Of a DNA stretch of 64,000 bases, positions 27,288 to 41,970 are shown piece after piece. Source of the stretch: Octopus vulgaris. Lineage: Eukaryota. The DNA is taken from contig OX597828.1 in assembly GCA_951406725.2 (NCBI GenBank), forward strand, positions 21,948,001 through 22,012,000. Reading direction: 5' to 3'. Each line of letters starts with the position of its first letter. The stretch's first letter is position 1. The notes under the pieces are model-generated. The model was given only the letters and a program-made list of their open reading frames with translations. It ran no database searches and was not told the DNA's origin. The position numbers and the translations under genes were made by a program.

Positions 27288-28476
27288 GAAAGAGACAGAC
27301 AGAGAGAGAGAGAGAAAAGAGAGAGAGAGAAAAGAGAGAGAGAGAAAGAGAGAGGGGTAACTTGATTCGTTAATCGTTTCCGAAAGTCTGATATGCAAGT
27401 TGATGTCTTTGGGATTTGAACTCAGACCGTTGGAACGGCATTCTATCCGATAAATTAATGTCTTCATGAATTCTCTGCCTTCACTCTATTATTTCGGGAA
27501 GGGTAGGAAATATTGGATAATGTGTTCCTATATACGCGATACTTAAAACAAAGGTGGAATGGTCAAGTCTTGTGCAGTTTTGATCGTGTGACCACTCAGT
27601 TAGAACTGCCATGGGTTAAACGACACTGCGTGTAAATATACCCAAGTATTTAATGTATATTTTATAGAGTTCGCAGTTAAATATATTGTATATGCTGTTA
27701 CATGTTTAATTGAAGAGGAAGAGAAACAGAGGGAAGTAGGGGGGTGCGAATGACACTGAGAAGAAGAGAGAAATGAAGGAGAGGAAGAAGAGGAAAAAGA
27801 GCAAAGAGAGCAAGAAGACGGAGAAAATGACGAAAAGGGGCAGTGATAGGAAGAACTTTAAGGAGTATAAGAGATTTCTGAAGGTCAGTTGATGTATAAC
27901 TAAACTGAGAAAATCACACGCACATACACACACACACACACACACTACACCCACACTCACACACTCACATACCACACACACACACTTTCACACACAGCTA
28001 CATGTATGTGTATGCATGTATACATACATACATACAGAAGCATCTCTGTATATTTATACATATATATATATATATATTTAATAATGTTGATATACATGCT
28101 TACGTATATACAATATGTATCTACATTTATAACATATATATATATATATGCATATATGTATGTGTACATATATATATATGTATATATATACATATATATA
28201 TATATTTATTTATATATATAAACACACATATATATATACACTTACATACACACTCACAAATGCTCTCTCTTTCACTTTCTCTTTCTTACTCACACACACA
28301 CACACACACACATACACACATGTAAACACAAGCACAATTTAATTTAAGTTGTTATAATATGTAACTTACAATCGGTACCTGACCACACATTCTGAAATAA
28401 ATGCTTGTTCCTACTAATATAAATACATATATACGTCTATTTATGTAATCTCTATATGTACGTGTGGTATATATAC

Positions 28477-28532
<56 letters not shown>

Positions 28533-29695
28533 ATGTATACTCACATAGATACGTACATACTGGCATACGTATCTAAACATTATATATACATATATATATA
28601 TATATATGCTAAACAAATATGTCCGCCATTTGTTTCAAAGTAACAGAGGCAGTGAACTGTTAAAACTTCTCTCTGTTTATATTCGAAATACGATACTCCT
28701 ACCACCACCACCACCACCACCAGCAGCGCCACCGCTACCGCCGCCCTCACCTCTTTCATACACCTATATCATCATAGAGCATAGTTTATATGTTTATAAT
28801 TTCGAAGAAGATACGGTAGAATCGTAAAATCTAATCTAAAACGGAATGAATAACGACGATTGGTTCTCCATATTTAAACTGGGGCGAAGAAAGATAGATT
28901 TGAGTGAAATCTATGCTAAATGTAAAACTTGTATAAACGTTCAGAACTCATCATCGTCTGCATATTATTTACCAACAACAGGAGGACCCCCAACTCATAT
29001 GAGAAGGAAAATAGCAATAATTCTTGAATTGCAAACATCAAGTGATGATTTCTTATGGCATTTTCATAATCTTTGACCTGGCGCAGTTCAAAGTAGAGAC
29101 AATAAGAACAGTTATAGGAACATCAAATAAAGAACATTGGACATTTTCACTGATTAATAGATTTCTACATGGCTCGCGAGGTAATAGGTCTTTTAGCTTG
29201 GAGAGACGTTATTATCGTTTCCTGTCCCAATGGGTTTGCATGGCTGTACAGTTATTAAATGGCAACACTGTGCTGATAAAGATATCAATATTTGGTTGAG
29301 GTGGTGACGATTTATTTCGCAAAATTGACACCCTAATGACCCGTGCAAATACATTAATATTATGCTCTTTCCTTTCACTTTCAAATTCGTACGCTCTGTC
29401 ATTCTGTATACCTTACTTTTAAAACCCTCAATTTCTTTGTCCTTCTCTCTGTGACTTTCACATACTCTCGCTCACTGTCTCTTGCACTTTCTCTTCTGCT
29501 GTCTGCATTTCTTTTCCTCCCTCTTTTATTCCTTCTGTCCAGCTCATTAGTACATATACTAGGCGTTTATATATTACACTATCTTCTCTTAATCAAACTT
29601 TCCCTTTCACTATTCCTCTCATACATTCATCGCCGTTATCAAACTCTATGACAATGTCTCACTCTTTGTTATTATCTCTCTGGCACCTCCTTTTC

Positions 29696-29696
29696 C

Positions 29697-29780
<84 letters not shown>

Positions 29781-29781
29781 A

Positions 29782-29840
<59 letters not shown>

Positions 29841-29896
29841 CTATCTATCCATCTATCTAAATGTGTATGAATGTATTTATCTGTCTGTCTGTTTGT

Positions 29897-29962
<66 letters not shown>

Positions 29963-30043
29963 GTCTGTCTATGTGTGTATGTATGTATCAATCTGTTTGT
30001 CTGTCTGTCTGTCTGCCTGTCTGTCTGTCTATCTATCTATCTG

Positions 30044-30138
<95 letters not shown>

Positions 30139-30187
30139 CTCTATCTATCTTTTTATCTGTCTGTCTGTCTATCAATCTATCTATCTA
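29696..30187. repeat. (TATC)n/(TGTC)n compound microsatellite
   Basis: Direct reading. Confidence 0.95.
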
Positions 30188-31281
30188 TATTCATTCATAC
30201 ATGCACAAACACACTCAAATATGTGTATACAAACATATTCGATTATGTGTAGTTAACTAGCACAACTTTTCAATCGCTCTTTACTTGCACACAACTTTTC
30301 AATCGCTCTTTACTCGCGCACACGTGTACTCACACGCATATATGTATGTTCGTGTATACACACACGCATACACGTACACCCAGACTCATACCCGCATATG
30401 TATCACCTGATGAATATACATTCTTGTTTTGCATATTCATATCTTCTTCCCACTTTCTATACAAAAATATTTCTATCTCTTACACACTTTCACTCTCTTT
30501 GTCGCTCTCTCTATTTCTTCCACTCTCTCTTTGTATTTGTGTCACAATCCCTCACTCTCTTTCTTCCGCATTTTCTGTATCTCTCTGTCTCTGTCACCCG
30601 ATGACAATAACTCTTGTTTTACAGTCAACGAGAATGACAACGGCAACAACAAAACAACACCAAACTGCATGTGATATTTTTCTGTGAACATATAACGGAA
30701 TATCTTCATCAGTAAATAAAACATACCGAAATTTAAATCATTTATAAACACACTTTAAAATGATCCTCTTATATTCAAACACTCAGAAAATTATACGCAA
30801 ACACACACACACATATGTATATATACAAACCCGTACACACACTAGTACATGCAAAATATATATTGCTATAAATGTGCATGCGCGTACATATCGTCAATAT
30901 AGAGGAAGAATTCAATCTTAGAACGTAGATTTAATAACGAATTCCGTCCTCCCTGCATGAGGTGAGATGCATGAAATGTTCGTGGAATGTCCTGCAAATA
31001 TAATATTAAATACGAAAAGACATACGTCATCCGTGTATAAGATGGTAACTCTAAAACTGATATACCTTCATAGTTGTGCGCGTGTGCGTGTGTGTGTATG
31101 CATGTAAGTAATTTTGTGTGCATGCACGTGAATGCTTATAGATGCATTTCTATGTATATATGTATATTTGTAACGAAATATATGATTCAATATGTCTGTG
31201 TGTGTCTATGCATGTATGTATTTGTGTGCGTAAATATGAATTCATATCTATCAGTTAATATATACAGTTCCATAATCATGC

Positions 31282-31425
<144 letters not shown>

Positions 31426-31610
31426 CCGTGGCTCAGATATTAAAGGCATTTCGTTTCAAGTATTCTGAAACATGCTGAGTTATAAACGTCAGATTCGATT
31501 CAACTCCGCGATGCACTGGCTGCCCATTCAGGCATCTATTACTTTCAGCGTAAACAACATTAATAACGCAGAACCCTCAACCAAGTGCCAGCCCGCAGGG
31601 GCCAAGCAGA

Positions 31611-31703
<93 letters not shown>

Positions 31704-32423
31704 TATATACATACATACACACATATATATATATTTATATATATATATATTTATATTTATTTATTTATATTTATATATATTACAAACATTAAAACGAAAT
31801 GCTACCAGGGATCTCAAGTTTCGTCTTGCTACTCTAATGACCTAGAGCCTGATGACGGCTGTTAAGCAGAAACTTCATAATCACGGTAGAATTTAATATA
31901 CTCTCCTGAAAAGTATTCTGTGATCATTGAACCTAATGTAAAACTTGCTTAGATATATCTTTACTTAAAATAGGCATTAATATAATACACACACTTGTAT
32001 ATAACAGTATTTACCTGTAGGAATTTCAATATGAATAGGGAAGAACCTTAAGTGTGATAAATAGATTTCAACAAAAGGATATTTGATATAAGTATTATCT
32101 GTGATCGAGTTAATATTTTTTCTTGTCCATATTTTTTGTTTTGCTTATATACATATATACATACATACATATATATGTAAATGTGTGTGTGTTTGTGTAT
32201 ATATTTGTGTATATGTATATATATATACATACGTACTGAACAGCTGAAATCTACAATATTTTTTCATTCTCTCTCTGCTTATTTTCTCTTATTTCTTTCT
32301 GTTCAAGAACGTAGGCTCGAAAAATAAAAGGCTTTTTCATTTTCCTGACCCTCAATCTGATACACTTGCTTATTTTTCATATGCAAATCTTTTACGCTTT
32401 TTTGATTTTCAACAAATTCCAAC

Positions 32424-32494
<71 letters not shown>

Positions 32495-33468
32495 TACACA
32501 TACATATTTGTTTGAAATTCCTATACATATGTAATATTTCTCATGGAATTTATATTCCACGTGGGAAATTATATTTCAGAAATAACAAACTCACAAACAC
32601 ACACATTTTATGCCAAGTCTTCTAGGAAATTATCCTCAACTTTTACCCGCGGGTTTGCAAAATTGATATTCCCTTCTCTTCTCAGTGTAGGCTATGCGAA
32701 ATATATATAAGTGTCTACGTGCTCTTCATTCGGCTTATATTCATGGCTTTTTGTATGACCCCCATGGAACAAAAAGTTATCCCTAACTACTAAAATCTCT
32801 AAATATACCACATATACTGCTGACATATTTTATGGTGAGAGATAATCAAACACATTAACAGACTTAGAGACGATTTCGAAATACTTAGGCATATATGTAT
32901 ACAATCAAATATAATTAATTCGAACAATAACACTGCTCCGATCTTATAGCTACTTTCATATATTTGATATAAATGAATGCTAATATAGGGAATGATATAT
33001 GTGAAATCTTACTATATACATAAAACTCAATCAAATAACATTACATATGAGGAGACAGTCTATGTCTTTATACGTATGAAAAATATGTAGTTAAGTGTTT
33101 TCTTTGATTGGTTTTTGAATATGTATCTACTAACGGTGAATTAAATAAAGAAATCTCGCAAATAAAATAAACATTAGTTGATAACATGCATCTTAATATA
33201 TTAATAAATTCGCGAAAGAGGATTCCAAGTTAGATTGAACTTATACCCAAATGCTTTGTGTGTATGCGTATATATACATATATATATTTATAAATCAAAG
33301 GTAAAAACCAACAAAGGGAAATCGTCAAAACATAACAAGCAGTAAAAGGACGATAGGACTAGGACTAAAATGGCAAACAGGGCAAAACGAAATACACGGA
33401 TCAATCGCAGCCAATTGCTTTTTCAATCAGAGTCTGGAATATCCACGTAGTTTCGCCCATCCTTATAT

Positions 33469-33591
<123 letters not shown>

Positions 33592-33611
33592 GGCTAAATA
33601 TATATACTTGT

Positions 33612-33693
33612 AGGCTAAAACAATGCAAAGCGGATTGTGACCAGCGATATGAAACAACATCTGATAGCCTGGTCGGTGACGGTGATCATGGCG

Positions 33694-33726
<33 letters not shown>

Positions 33727-33757
33727 TATATATATATATGACGGTGACGGTGATCAT

Positions 33758-33799
<42 letters not shown>

Positions 33800-33877
33800 A
33801 TGATCACCGTCACCGACCAGGCTATCAGATGTTGTTTCACATCGCTGGTCACAATCCGCTTTGCATTGTTTTAGCCT
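33612..33877. repeat. Inverted duplication of an 80-bp SINE tail across (TA)n
   Basis: 33612-33691 is the reverse complement of 33798-33877 (one mismatch); extra partial copy at 33739-33759. Confidence 0.88.
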
Positions 33878-34068
33878 TCAAGTGACGCCACTCCGCTGGC
33901 TAAGCGAGCAGGCCAACAGAAGAAAGAGTGAGAGAAAGTTGTGTCGAAAGAGTACAGCAGGGATTGCCACCACTGGCCGGAGCCTCGTGGAGCTTTAGGT
34001 GATTTCGCTCAATAAACACTCCCAACGTCCGGTATGTGAATCGAAACCGCGTGTCCGCTGCCCTCCAC
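33798..34068 (-). mobile_element. SINE family D with tail type ii
   Basis: Body agagtgagagaaagttgtg...cgctcaataaacact is shared with 10905-11010; tail ccatgatcaccgtcaccgaccaggctatcag. Confidence 0.8.
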
Positions 34069-34106
<38 letters not shown>

Positions 34107-34155
34107 GGTGCGTGTGCGTGTGTGTATATGTATATATATGCGAGTTTATATATAT

Positions 34156-34325
34156 AGTAATGACTTTTTGCTAACATAATTTGGAAGTCCCAGAATGGAA
34201 CGAATGTTACCATTATTCAGCCCCAGAGAACATCGTTTCCAGTCGGCTATACGACACAAAATTTTCTGTGTCCTTATATTTTCGAACGGGGTGCTGTTAT
34301 TGTACATCTCTTTTTGAGAGATTTA
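34156..34325. repeat. Repeat family F, rearranged copy
   Basis: Matches 8931-9068 then ends with the reverse complement of 8892-8926. Confidence 0.7.
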
Positions 34326-35547
34326 GAAATAATAATATTTCTATTATCTATTCATGTAGATGTATAATAACAACAGATGGATTGTGGTTCAATAAAATTG
34401 TTTCAGATGTGTTTTTATTGATGAACTGAAGTGTTCACCGTTTTCCTCTGGTGAACACAGTTCAGGATTAGCAATTAGAATTTGCCGAGAAAGGGAAAAT
34501 ATGCGAGATAACTCGACCGACACAAAGTCAGTATCAAGTTCATATATGTATATGAAATAGCGAGACCAAGGTGCATCTCGGCTACGGAATAGATGAGAGA
34601 CATCGTTAAAGATACAATTATGAAAAGCAATATTCCACAAGTGAGATAAATTCATGGCTAGAGATGTTACCAAAAAAAGAGAAATGACACCAGAATTAAC
34701 AGCTTTTATTTTGCCAGACGAAACCACAAATTGTCAAACCATATAATGTACTTAAAAAAACCCATTTATATGCAAATTTGAAGGTAACCTTGCAAGTTGT
34801 AGACTTTCTCCAGATGATGGCTATGCATTTACAGCAATGTATTAGTGATATTTCATTATAATACAATGCACTAAGTACTGTTAGCTACAAGAATGTTAGT
34901 ACACTACAATTTCATACAGTTCTCCATAAAGAAATTTACTTGGAAGCTTATGGCAAAAGTTCAAACACCAAATTAATTACATTGATATTTCATACATAAA
35001 TATAAATCATTATATCTACCGCCATTTAAATGTTGAAAAATTATAACTATGGAGTGAGCGATTTTAAGATTTACAAAACTTACCCCGTGACCCTTTGTGA
35101 ACAATACTATATTGAGTGGAAGTCTACACCGTCTTGTGTGGAAAGCTACACAGTTACACTGTGCGAGAATCGGTAATATTCCGAAACGTTTCCAGAAATA
35201 TTTCGGAACATTATTGTTTTAAATGGAATAAAAAATATTGAAAAGAAGTATGAAGAGAAAAACGTTAATAAAGAATAAGACTTGAACAGTGTCATATCTT
35301 CCATAACGCACACACACGCGCATGCACGCAAGGACCAAAAATTGCACATTCAGACGGATATGGAAGTATGTCTTTATGCATGGAAGTGTATATATCTCTC
35401 TGTATATCCATATGAACATAACTCTACAATGTGCAAGCATGCGTGAGTGTGTGTGTGCGCATGTGTATACACCTGGCTTACTAATGTTTTGAAACTGAAT
35501 TTTTTTCCGTTACATTTCCGAGAGATTCAGCGCTGAGTTGCTGGAGC

Positions 35548-35606
35548 AGAATTTTCTAGAACTTTCGATATGTTTCTAAATGTTTCAAGAATTTCTAGAA
35601 CGTTCT
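35548..35606. promoter_or_regulatory. Two perfect heat-shock elements (inverted nGAAn arrays)
   Basis: aGAAttTTCtaGAActTTCg (35548-35567, 4 units) and tTTCtaGAAcgTTCt (35592-35606, 3 units); function not shown. Confidence 0.45.
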
Positions 35607-36159
35607 GACGACATAGATTGCAGTTTAAATGAAGGAATTATAAGCTCCAAATTCCAGTTTACTTACAGCTGTCCAAATGGAGACAAGGTGTCTTTGATAG
35701 CTGCATTCATTACAGATGGCATCAAGAGGTTGTATGAGTTCGGCTGACGCATTTTGCTGTGACTGTGGCGAATTTAACAAGACAGGAGCGAAAAGGTACT
35801 CTCTGATAGCATTTGTATGAGGCCTATAATGTTTATGCCATAACAAAAGCAAAGTTTGAAGGAAATGTTCGCCATTTACCATACTTTCTAGAGGTTAGCA
35901 AATAAGAAAGAACACTTGCTACCCAAAGAGAAAAATCGTGTTATACAGTGTAATTCCTGTGATTGGTATGTGTTACAGCGCCTTCTTTTTCATGTGCTTT
36001 TTACATTCAACTTAAGAATGTGGCCACACCTCTGTTCACATACACAGCCATACAAGCATTCACACACACACAATCAGAACAAATGTGATATACCGATGTG
36101 TCCGAAGCACATTCAAACACTTAGAAACTGAAAGTGGCACACGTCTAGAAATAGTATTT

Positions 36160-36500
36160 CAGTAATATCTCACTTTAAGAGGAACCGATTTACGAGATCC
36201 TTGATTTACGAGTTTTGCTTTTTAAGCGCAAGATTCAAATTTTGAACGAAGCTTCCAAAATTTCTATTACAATAACAAATGCTTCTGCTTCTTACCGAGA
36301 AATTTACTGAGAACGAAAAAAAAAATGCTTCTTCTAAACAAACAACTCTAGATTTGTTTTTTAAAAAGAAATCTACAAGTGCGTCTACGAGCACTTGCGA
36401 ATCGGTGATCGCTTCTACAAGCGATGATGTGCGCAAGACTAGTGCGAGTGAAAGTGATTCAGAAAACGAATATAATACTATTTTAGGCAAGAATATATAC
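36160..36500 (+). mobile_element. Internally deleted Tigger/pogo-like DNA transposon relic
   Basis: TIR-like start cagtaatatctcactttaagag...gatttacgag (twice); frameshifted peptide YREIY*ERKK/SKQTTLDLFFKK resembles Tigger transposase C-termini. Confidence 0.5.
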
Positions 36501-36807
36501 ATGTATGATATTTTAAAGAACATTTCTATAAAAAAAGTGATAAACCGATCAGTAGAGATGTGCTGTCTATGCGTATAAAGTGGCGTTCATGCCTGTCTCC
36601 TTGTGCATCGCATCAGCATAATTATGTTATCTGAAGCAATCTGAAATTACTATGGACGTCTTAGTTAAAATAACGTTCAGAAATTTTGAATACAAAGTTT
36701 GGACACCGTTACAATATTATATATTAAACCCTCATGGAAATACATATTAACACACTCAAATGTACCTGCATATCAGAATATAAAGATGTATGAGGTATGA
36801 GCAGGTA

Positions 36808-36943
<136 letters not shown>

Positions 36944-37107
36944 AAACTATACGTGTGTATAAATGTATAATATACACACACACATAAACAAGCAACAATT
37001 AATATACACACGCCCGTAATTATATAAATATATATCTTTGCACACATGCATAAATATAATCATACACATGCAAATACATAGATTCTTATATTTGTAAGCT
37101 CGCGCCC

Positions 37108-37215
<108 letters not shown>

Positions 37216-37241
37216 ATATCTATCTATCTATATATGTATAT

Positions 37242-37284
<43 letters not shown>

Positions 37285-37333
37285 ACACACGCACATACTT
37301 TTATACGCATGCATACGCATATATACATATATG

Positions 37334-37400
<67 letters not shown>

Positions 37401-38754
37401 TCATATATGCATATATAAATATATATGTATATATAAATATATTTATATATATGTATAAATATATACGTGTGTGTATTTGTGTGTACGTGTGATTGTATGT
37501 TGTGTGTTGTGTGTGATGTGTGTGTGTGTGTATGTGCATATGCGTGCGTATGTTTATGCGTACATATCGATTTCATCTAGCGGGCTCAAGGCATTGATAT
37601 TTATAAAGGAAAACCAGGTACGAAAAAGAAGAAAAACACACACACACAAACACAAACACAAACACATCAAAATAAGAGCAAAAACAAAAAGCGCCAAGCA
37701 TTATATTCATGCATATGATAGAGAGGTCTTGACCTGTCCATTTACCAGTTGCCAAAACCCATTATTGTAATTACATTGGTATAAAGACTCCCGCTCCCTA
37801 ACAGCATGATGGTGTTTCGCTGTTACGATACTGTTCTTGTGTCGAAGAAGTCCATGAAACCATAGAAGCGAGAAATATGAACATGAGAAAGCCGTACAGA
37901 AATATACACTTTGCGATGTTTGATAGATAATCATAAGCAGGACCATTACGCACAATCTTTCCTTCTTCCTTATCTCCCTTTATTGCATCTCTGTCTCCTT
38001 CCGTCACCAGCACCTTCCTCGTTCCTGATGAACGCCTGTCACCCACCTTTCATACAGATCTATGTATATTTAACATTTGATAAATAGATAGCTAATGTAA
38101 TTAAGACTGCTTGCTGTATATGGCTAACTAACAAGTTTGCATTTAAATTAACAGGGCCGAGAAGACATAGAAGATAGGAAATAAAACTAGAAGCAGAGAG
38201 AAATGTAGCAACAATATTGCGAAGGATATGAGGCGAGACTGATGTCCTGTTCATTGCGTGGAAAGCGCAGTGGTCGATTCTCCTGCTAAAAATAGCAGCT
38301 AAATCTCTGCCGAACAGTAGTTATTTCTTAACCTTTTAATATTAACTGGAAATTAATTTCTAATTAAACAGCTCAACTTGATTTGACAAATATAGCAACC
38401 AAGTCCCCACCATTTTACAGTCATCTGGTGACTAAATTTTCGTTGAAATTTTAGTGGTCCCTCAACACTGCTGAAAAAAGCAGTCACATAAAACTGGTCA
38501 CTGATTGTTAAAAATATATCCCTTTTTTCTCGATGTGGTAAAGATATCAAATCTATCACACTCAAAATATACTAAACCCTCAGCCTTTTAAACTTACCAG
38601 CAAATTGCAGTGACCGTTCGATTTCAAAAACCGAAATTTTTTCAAATTACAATAGATCAATGGTTCTCAACCCATTCTTGCCTACGAAACCCTTGTTATC
38701 CCTACTTTATTCGGTGGACCTACATACTTATTCGATCCTTTTCTTCTTCTATTT

Positions 38755-39330
38755 TTTTGTTTAAGTCGTTTGACTGCGGCCATGCTGGAGCACGTTTTCG
38801 AGACCCTAATTCCGACTACGAGCTTTTCAAACGCCAGAATTTTAATATACGCTACCGGAGCGGGAATTACCGAGACTGCTGGCACCAGACTTGCCGTCCG
38901 GTCGATCTTCGTTAACTGATTTAGAGTGTACTCATTCCGATCGCAGGGCCTCGACAGAGTCCTGCGTCGTTATCTTTCGTCACTACCTCCCCGTGCCGGG
39001 AGTGGGTAATTGGATGTGGTAGCCGTTTCGCATGGTCCCTCTCCGAAATCGAACCCTGATTCTCCGTTACACGTTGCCACCACGGTCGATAGATAGGGCT
39101 GACACGCGGGGGACCCTCGCTCAAAGGCTAGTCGATGCTAGCCTGTGTGATCGTTCTGACAGTTATCCAGAGTCACCAAATCGTCCCCGGCACTTATTCT
39201 TTGTAAGCCAAGTGCTTATTCTATCGGTCTCTCTTGCCGAACCGCTAATTGACGGTGACGTAAACACACCAGCATCGGTTGTCAAGCAATGTTGGGGGCA
39301 CAAACACAGACACACAAGCATATATACACA

Positions 39331-39395
<65 letters not shown>

Positions 39396-39522
39396 ACGAC
39401 GGGCTTCTTTCAGTTTCCGTCTACCAAATCCACTCACAAAGCTTTGGTCGGCCCGAGGCTATAGTAGAAGACACTTGCCCAAGGTACCACGCAGTGGGAC
39501 TGAACTTGGAACCATGTGGTGG
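38755..39522 (-). mobile_element. SINE family A interrupted by an 18S rRNA fragment
   Basis: 3' piece tttgactgcggccatgctggagcac (to ~38793); remainder resumes at ~39177 with caaatcgtccccggcacttattctttgtaagcc. Confidence 0.8.
38803..39180 (-). pseudogene. 18S rRNA pseudogene fragment (5' third of 18S, up to the start of V4)
   Basis: Minus strand has gtctggtgccagcagtctcggtaattcccgctcc (cf. GTGCCAGCAGCCGCGGTAATTCC), aaaagctcgtagtcgga, aaacggctaccacatcc, ggggaggtagtgacga, tttggtgactctggataac; conserved motifs are mutated and aaggaaggcagcaggcgcgc is deleted. Confidence 0.9.
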
Positions 39523-39976
39523 TGGGGGTGGTGGATTGTTGTTGTTTCATATTTATTATTTTCAGGCCGATGTCGGTTCTGATCACGTAAGCCTGTGTTC
39601 AATGATTTCAAGAAGTGATCATACAGTATTTTTGTTTTCTTTCCCCTTTTCTCTTCTCTTTTCTTCTTTTTTTAAAATTGTAGATCAGAGACTTCGTATC
39701 CCATGCAGCACTTCAGTTTCAAAGGTGACCGAAGAAGATCAGTAAGAATGAAAGCAGGATTTATGCCTATAATGCTTTCAGAGACTCTCCAGGCGAGACG
39801 AAATCTACGTGTGTCATATCATATTTGAATAAATCTGCACACTGACGGCACCAAAAGTATTGATGCGAGTGAAAATTCCATAGAAATGTGTTCTGGAAAA
39901 AAGGGACTCAGCGGAATGTGAGCATTGCTGGGAATATAAGGGGGGGAGACAGGAATAAAGAGATGAAGCAAGTAAC

Positions 39977-40292
39977 TGGCACTCTGTTGGTTACGAAAAC
40001 AAGGGTTCTAGTTGATAAAATCAACGGAACAGTCTACCTATGAAATTAAGGTACAAGTGGCTGAGTACTCCACATACACGCATATACTTAACTTAGTTCT
40101 GAGTGAGATTCAGCGTGACACAGAATGCGATAAGGTTGGTCTTTTGTGAACTGGAGCAACATAAAAATAGAGTGCATTGCTTAAGGACACAGCACATCAC
40201 CTAGAATCGAACTCACAACCTCACCTAGAATCGAGCTCACAACCTCACGATCGTGAGCCGAATATCTTAACCATTAAAACCATGTGCCTTCA
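39977..40292 (-). mobile_element. Older SINE: family C head with tail type i
   Basis: Tail resembles 10708-10875; head resembles 2545-2670; ~24-bp internal tandem duplication at 40198-40245. Confidence 0.7.
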
Positions 40293-40719
40293 TGGTGTGG
40301 ATGGAGTAGTGAACCCTGCAGTACAGAGTTTTCTGTAAAGAAAAAAACAACAACACATTTGCACATTTGGGCTCCGTTGCTGAGTAAGACCATTCCATCT
40401 TGTGGAATTTTGTGGCCATTTTGTGGCGGGCTGTGAGGCGAAGTAGGATGGCTTTACGTGCAAGTGAAACGGTTCTCCTGCACCATCTCACTTGTGAGAT
40501 AGGGTTCAATGAAGCTATTTTTATGAGGCTCCGTTGTGAATCTGTATGTATTGTCTGGATGCCGTGGGTAATTTAATGAAGATTTAGCTGCTGTTCCTAG
40601 CATAAGTGACCACTTAGAAAGGCCACTCTCCTTGCCTCGTTCTCTTTTCTTTTTGTCGCAATGGTTGCGGTCATAGATATATTGTCATCGTCATTTATCA
40701 TTATGACCGGGTTCCAAAT

Positions 40720-41190
40720 CTGGTGGCAGCAATAAAATACACCCGTTACACTTCTCGGTCCACCGTCACTATCTCTAGGTCCTGGATAAATTCCAGACCA
40801 TTGTCTGCAGTCAATCTGTCGATGGAAGTGTGACGACGTTCTCTTCTTACATCACTATGAAGTGGGTCCCAAAAGGCTGATGCTTCCAGATCAAAGTGGT
40901 GCATGCAGTGACCAGATAGTCACAACCGTCTTTGCCTAATCTTCTCGCCAATTTTCGGCAGGTCACCATAAAGGCATTCACTTGTCATAGGCTCCAGCCA
41001 TTTCACATTTAGGGACATTCGCAGCATCCCAGTGCAGCATCATTATCGCTTCTTCGATAGCCACGTGCGAGTTTTGGCTGCATCACCTGGTGAACCTCCG
41101 AGTTAGTGTGTTGCGTGAAGCCTTGCATTCTTCTTATTTTTGTAGGGAGTTGCGGGGAGGAGAGATACTTCCTGTTGGTGTAGTGCATCA
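40720..41190 (-). mobile_element. Degenerate 3' end of an RTE-X-like LINE
   Basis: Minus-strand peptide GMLRMSLNVKWLEPMTSECLYGDLPKIGEKIRQRRL*LSGHCMHH fits the post-RT RMLR...LYG.LP...IR.RRL.LAGH motif. Confidence 0.7.
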
Positions 41191-41251
41191 TGTCATTTTC
41201 TTCAGAGTTTTACATAACTTTTCTGTGTGTTGCTTTTCGCATTGAGCATCA

Positions 41252-41478
41252 ACCCACCACCACTACCACCACCACCACCACCACCACCACCGCCGCCACT
41301 AAAACCACCACAGCCACCACCACCACCACCACCACCACCACCACCACCACGACCACGACCACCACCACCACTACCACGACCACCACGACCACCACCTCCT
41401 CCTCCTGTTCCTGCTTTTACTCTCCTTTATCCTCCTCCTCCTTCTACTTTTCCTCCTCCTCCTCCTCCTCCTCATCAT

Positions 41479-41509
<31 letters not shown>

Positions 41510-41660
41510 AGCATCATCGTTATTGCTGTCGTTATTACAAAGAGCTATATACGTTGTCAAATGCAGTCGCTGAAGCTACTGCCGCTGTTGCTGTTGCTGA
41601 TGATGATGATGATGAGGAGGAGGAGGAGGAGTAGGAGGAGGAGGAGGAGGAGGAAGTGGA
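41252..41660. repeat. Compound (ACC)n/(TCC)n/(ATC)n/(CAG)n/(GAG)n trinucleotide repeats
   Basis: Direct reading. Confidence 0.95.
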
Positions 41661-41699
41661 AGAGAAGAAGGGGCAGAAGTAATGATGCTCTATGTATGA

Positions 41700-41970
41700 T
41701 GATGCTCTATGTATCCTCGGATCACACCTTATCCAGCAAATCCATTCACGACGATCTCTCAGTCATGCGACCCACCCAACACCTAAAACTGACCGTGCAG
41801 TTGTTTGTAATTCCAGTTCTATCGTTTCTTCCCGCCTTCTCGACTTCCCGCTTTCCCGCCACGACGCCTTAACTGACGTCCACCATATTTCACAAGCCGA
41901 CATATTGTCATTGTTGCTGAAGTTGTTGGTCATGTACAACACGATGTGGCTACAGTTGGCCATGTACAAA
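41700..41970 (-). mobile_element. Possible highly degraded RTE-like LINE 3' end
   Basis: Minus-strand peptides SHIVLYM...W...GKSRRREETIELEL and LRDRREW ending in a (cat)n tail; weak similarity only. Confidence 0.3.

Noticed and set aside
31846-31885. CTGATGA...GAAAC hammerhead candidate
   Set aside because: Stems I and III cannot be formed; at most a decayed relic
34421-34464. Hairpin with tgaacacag resembling the miR-317 5' end
   Set aside because: Match limited to 9 nt and the hairpin is too short
38803-39180. Functional 18S rRNA gene
   Set aside because: Short fragment, universal motifs mutated or deleted, no rDNA context
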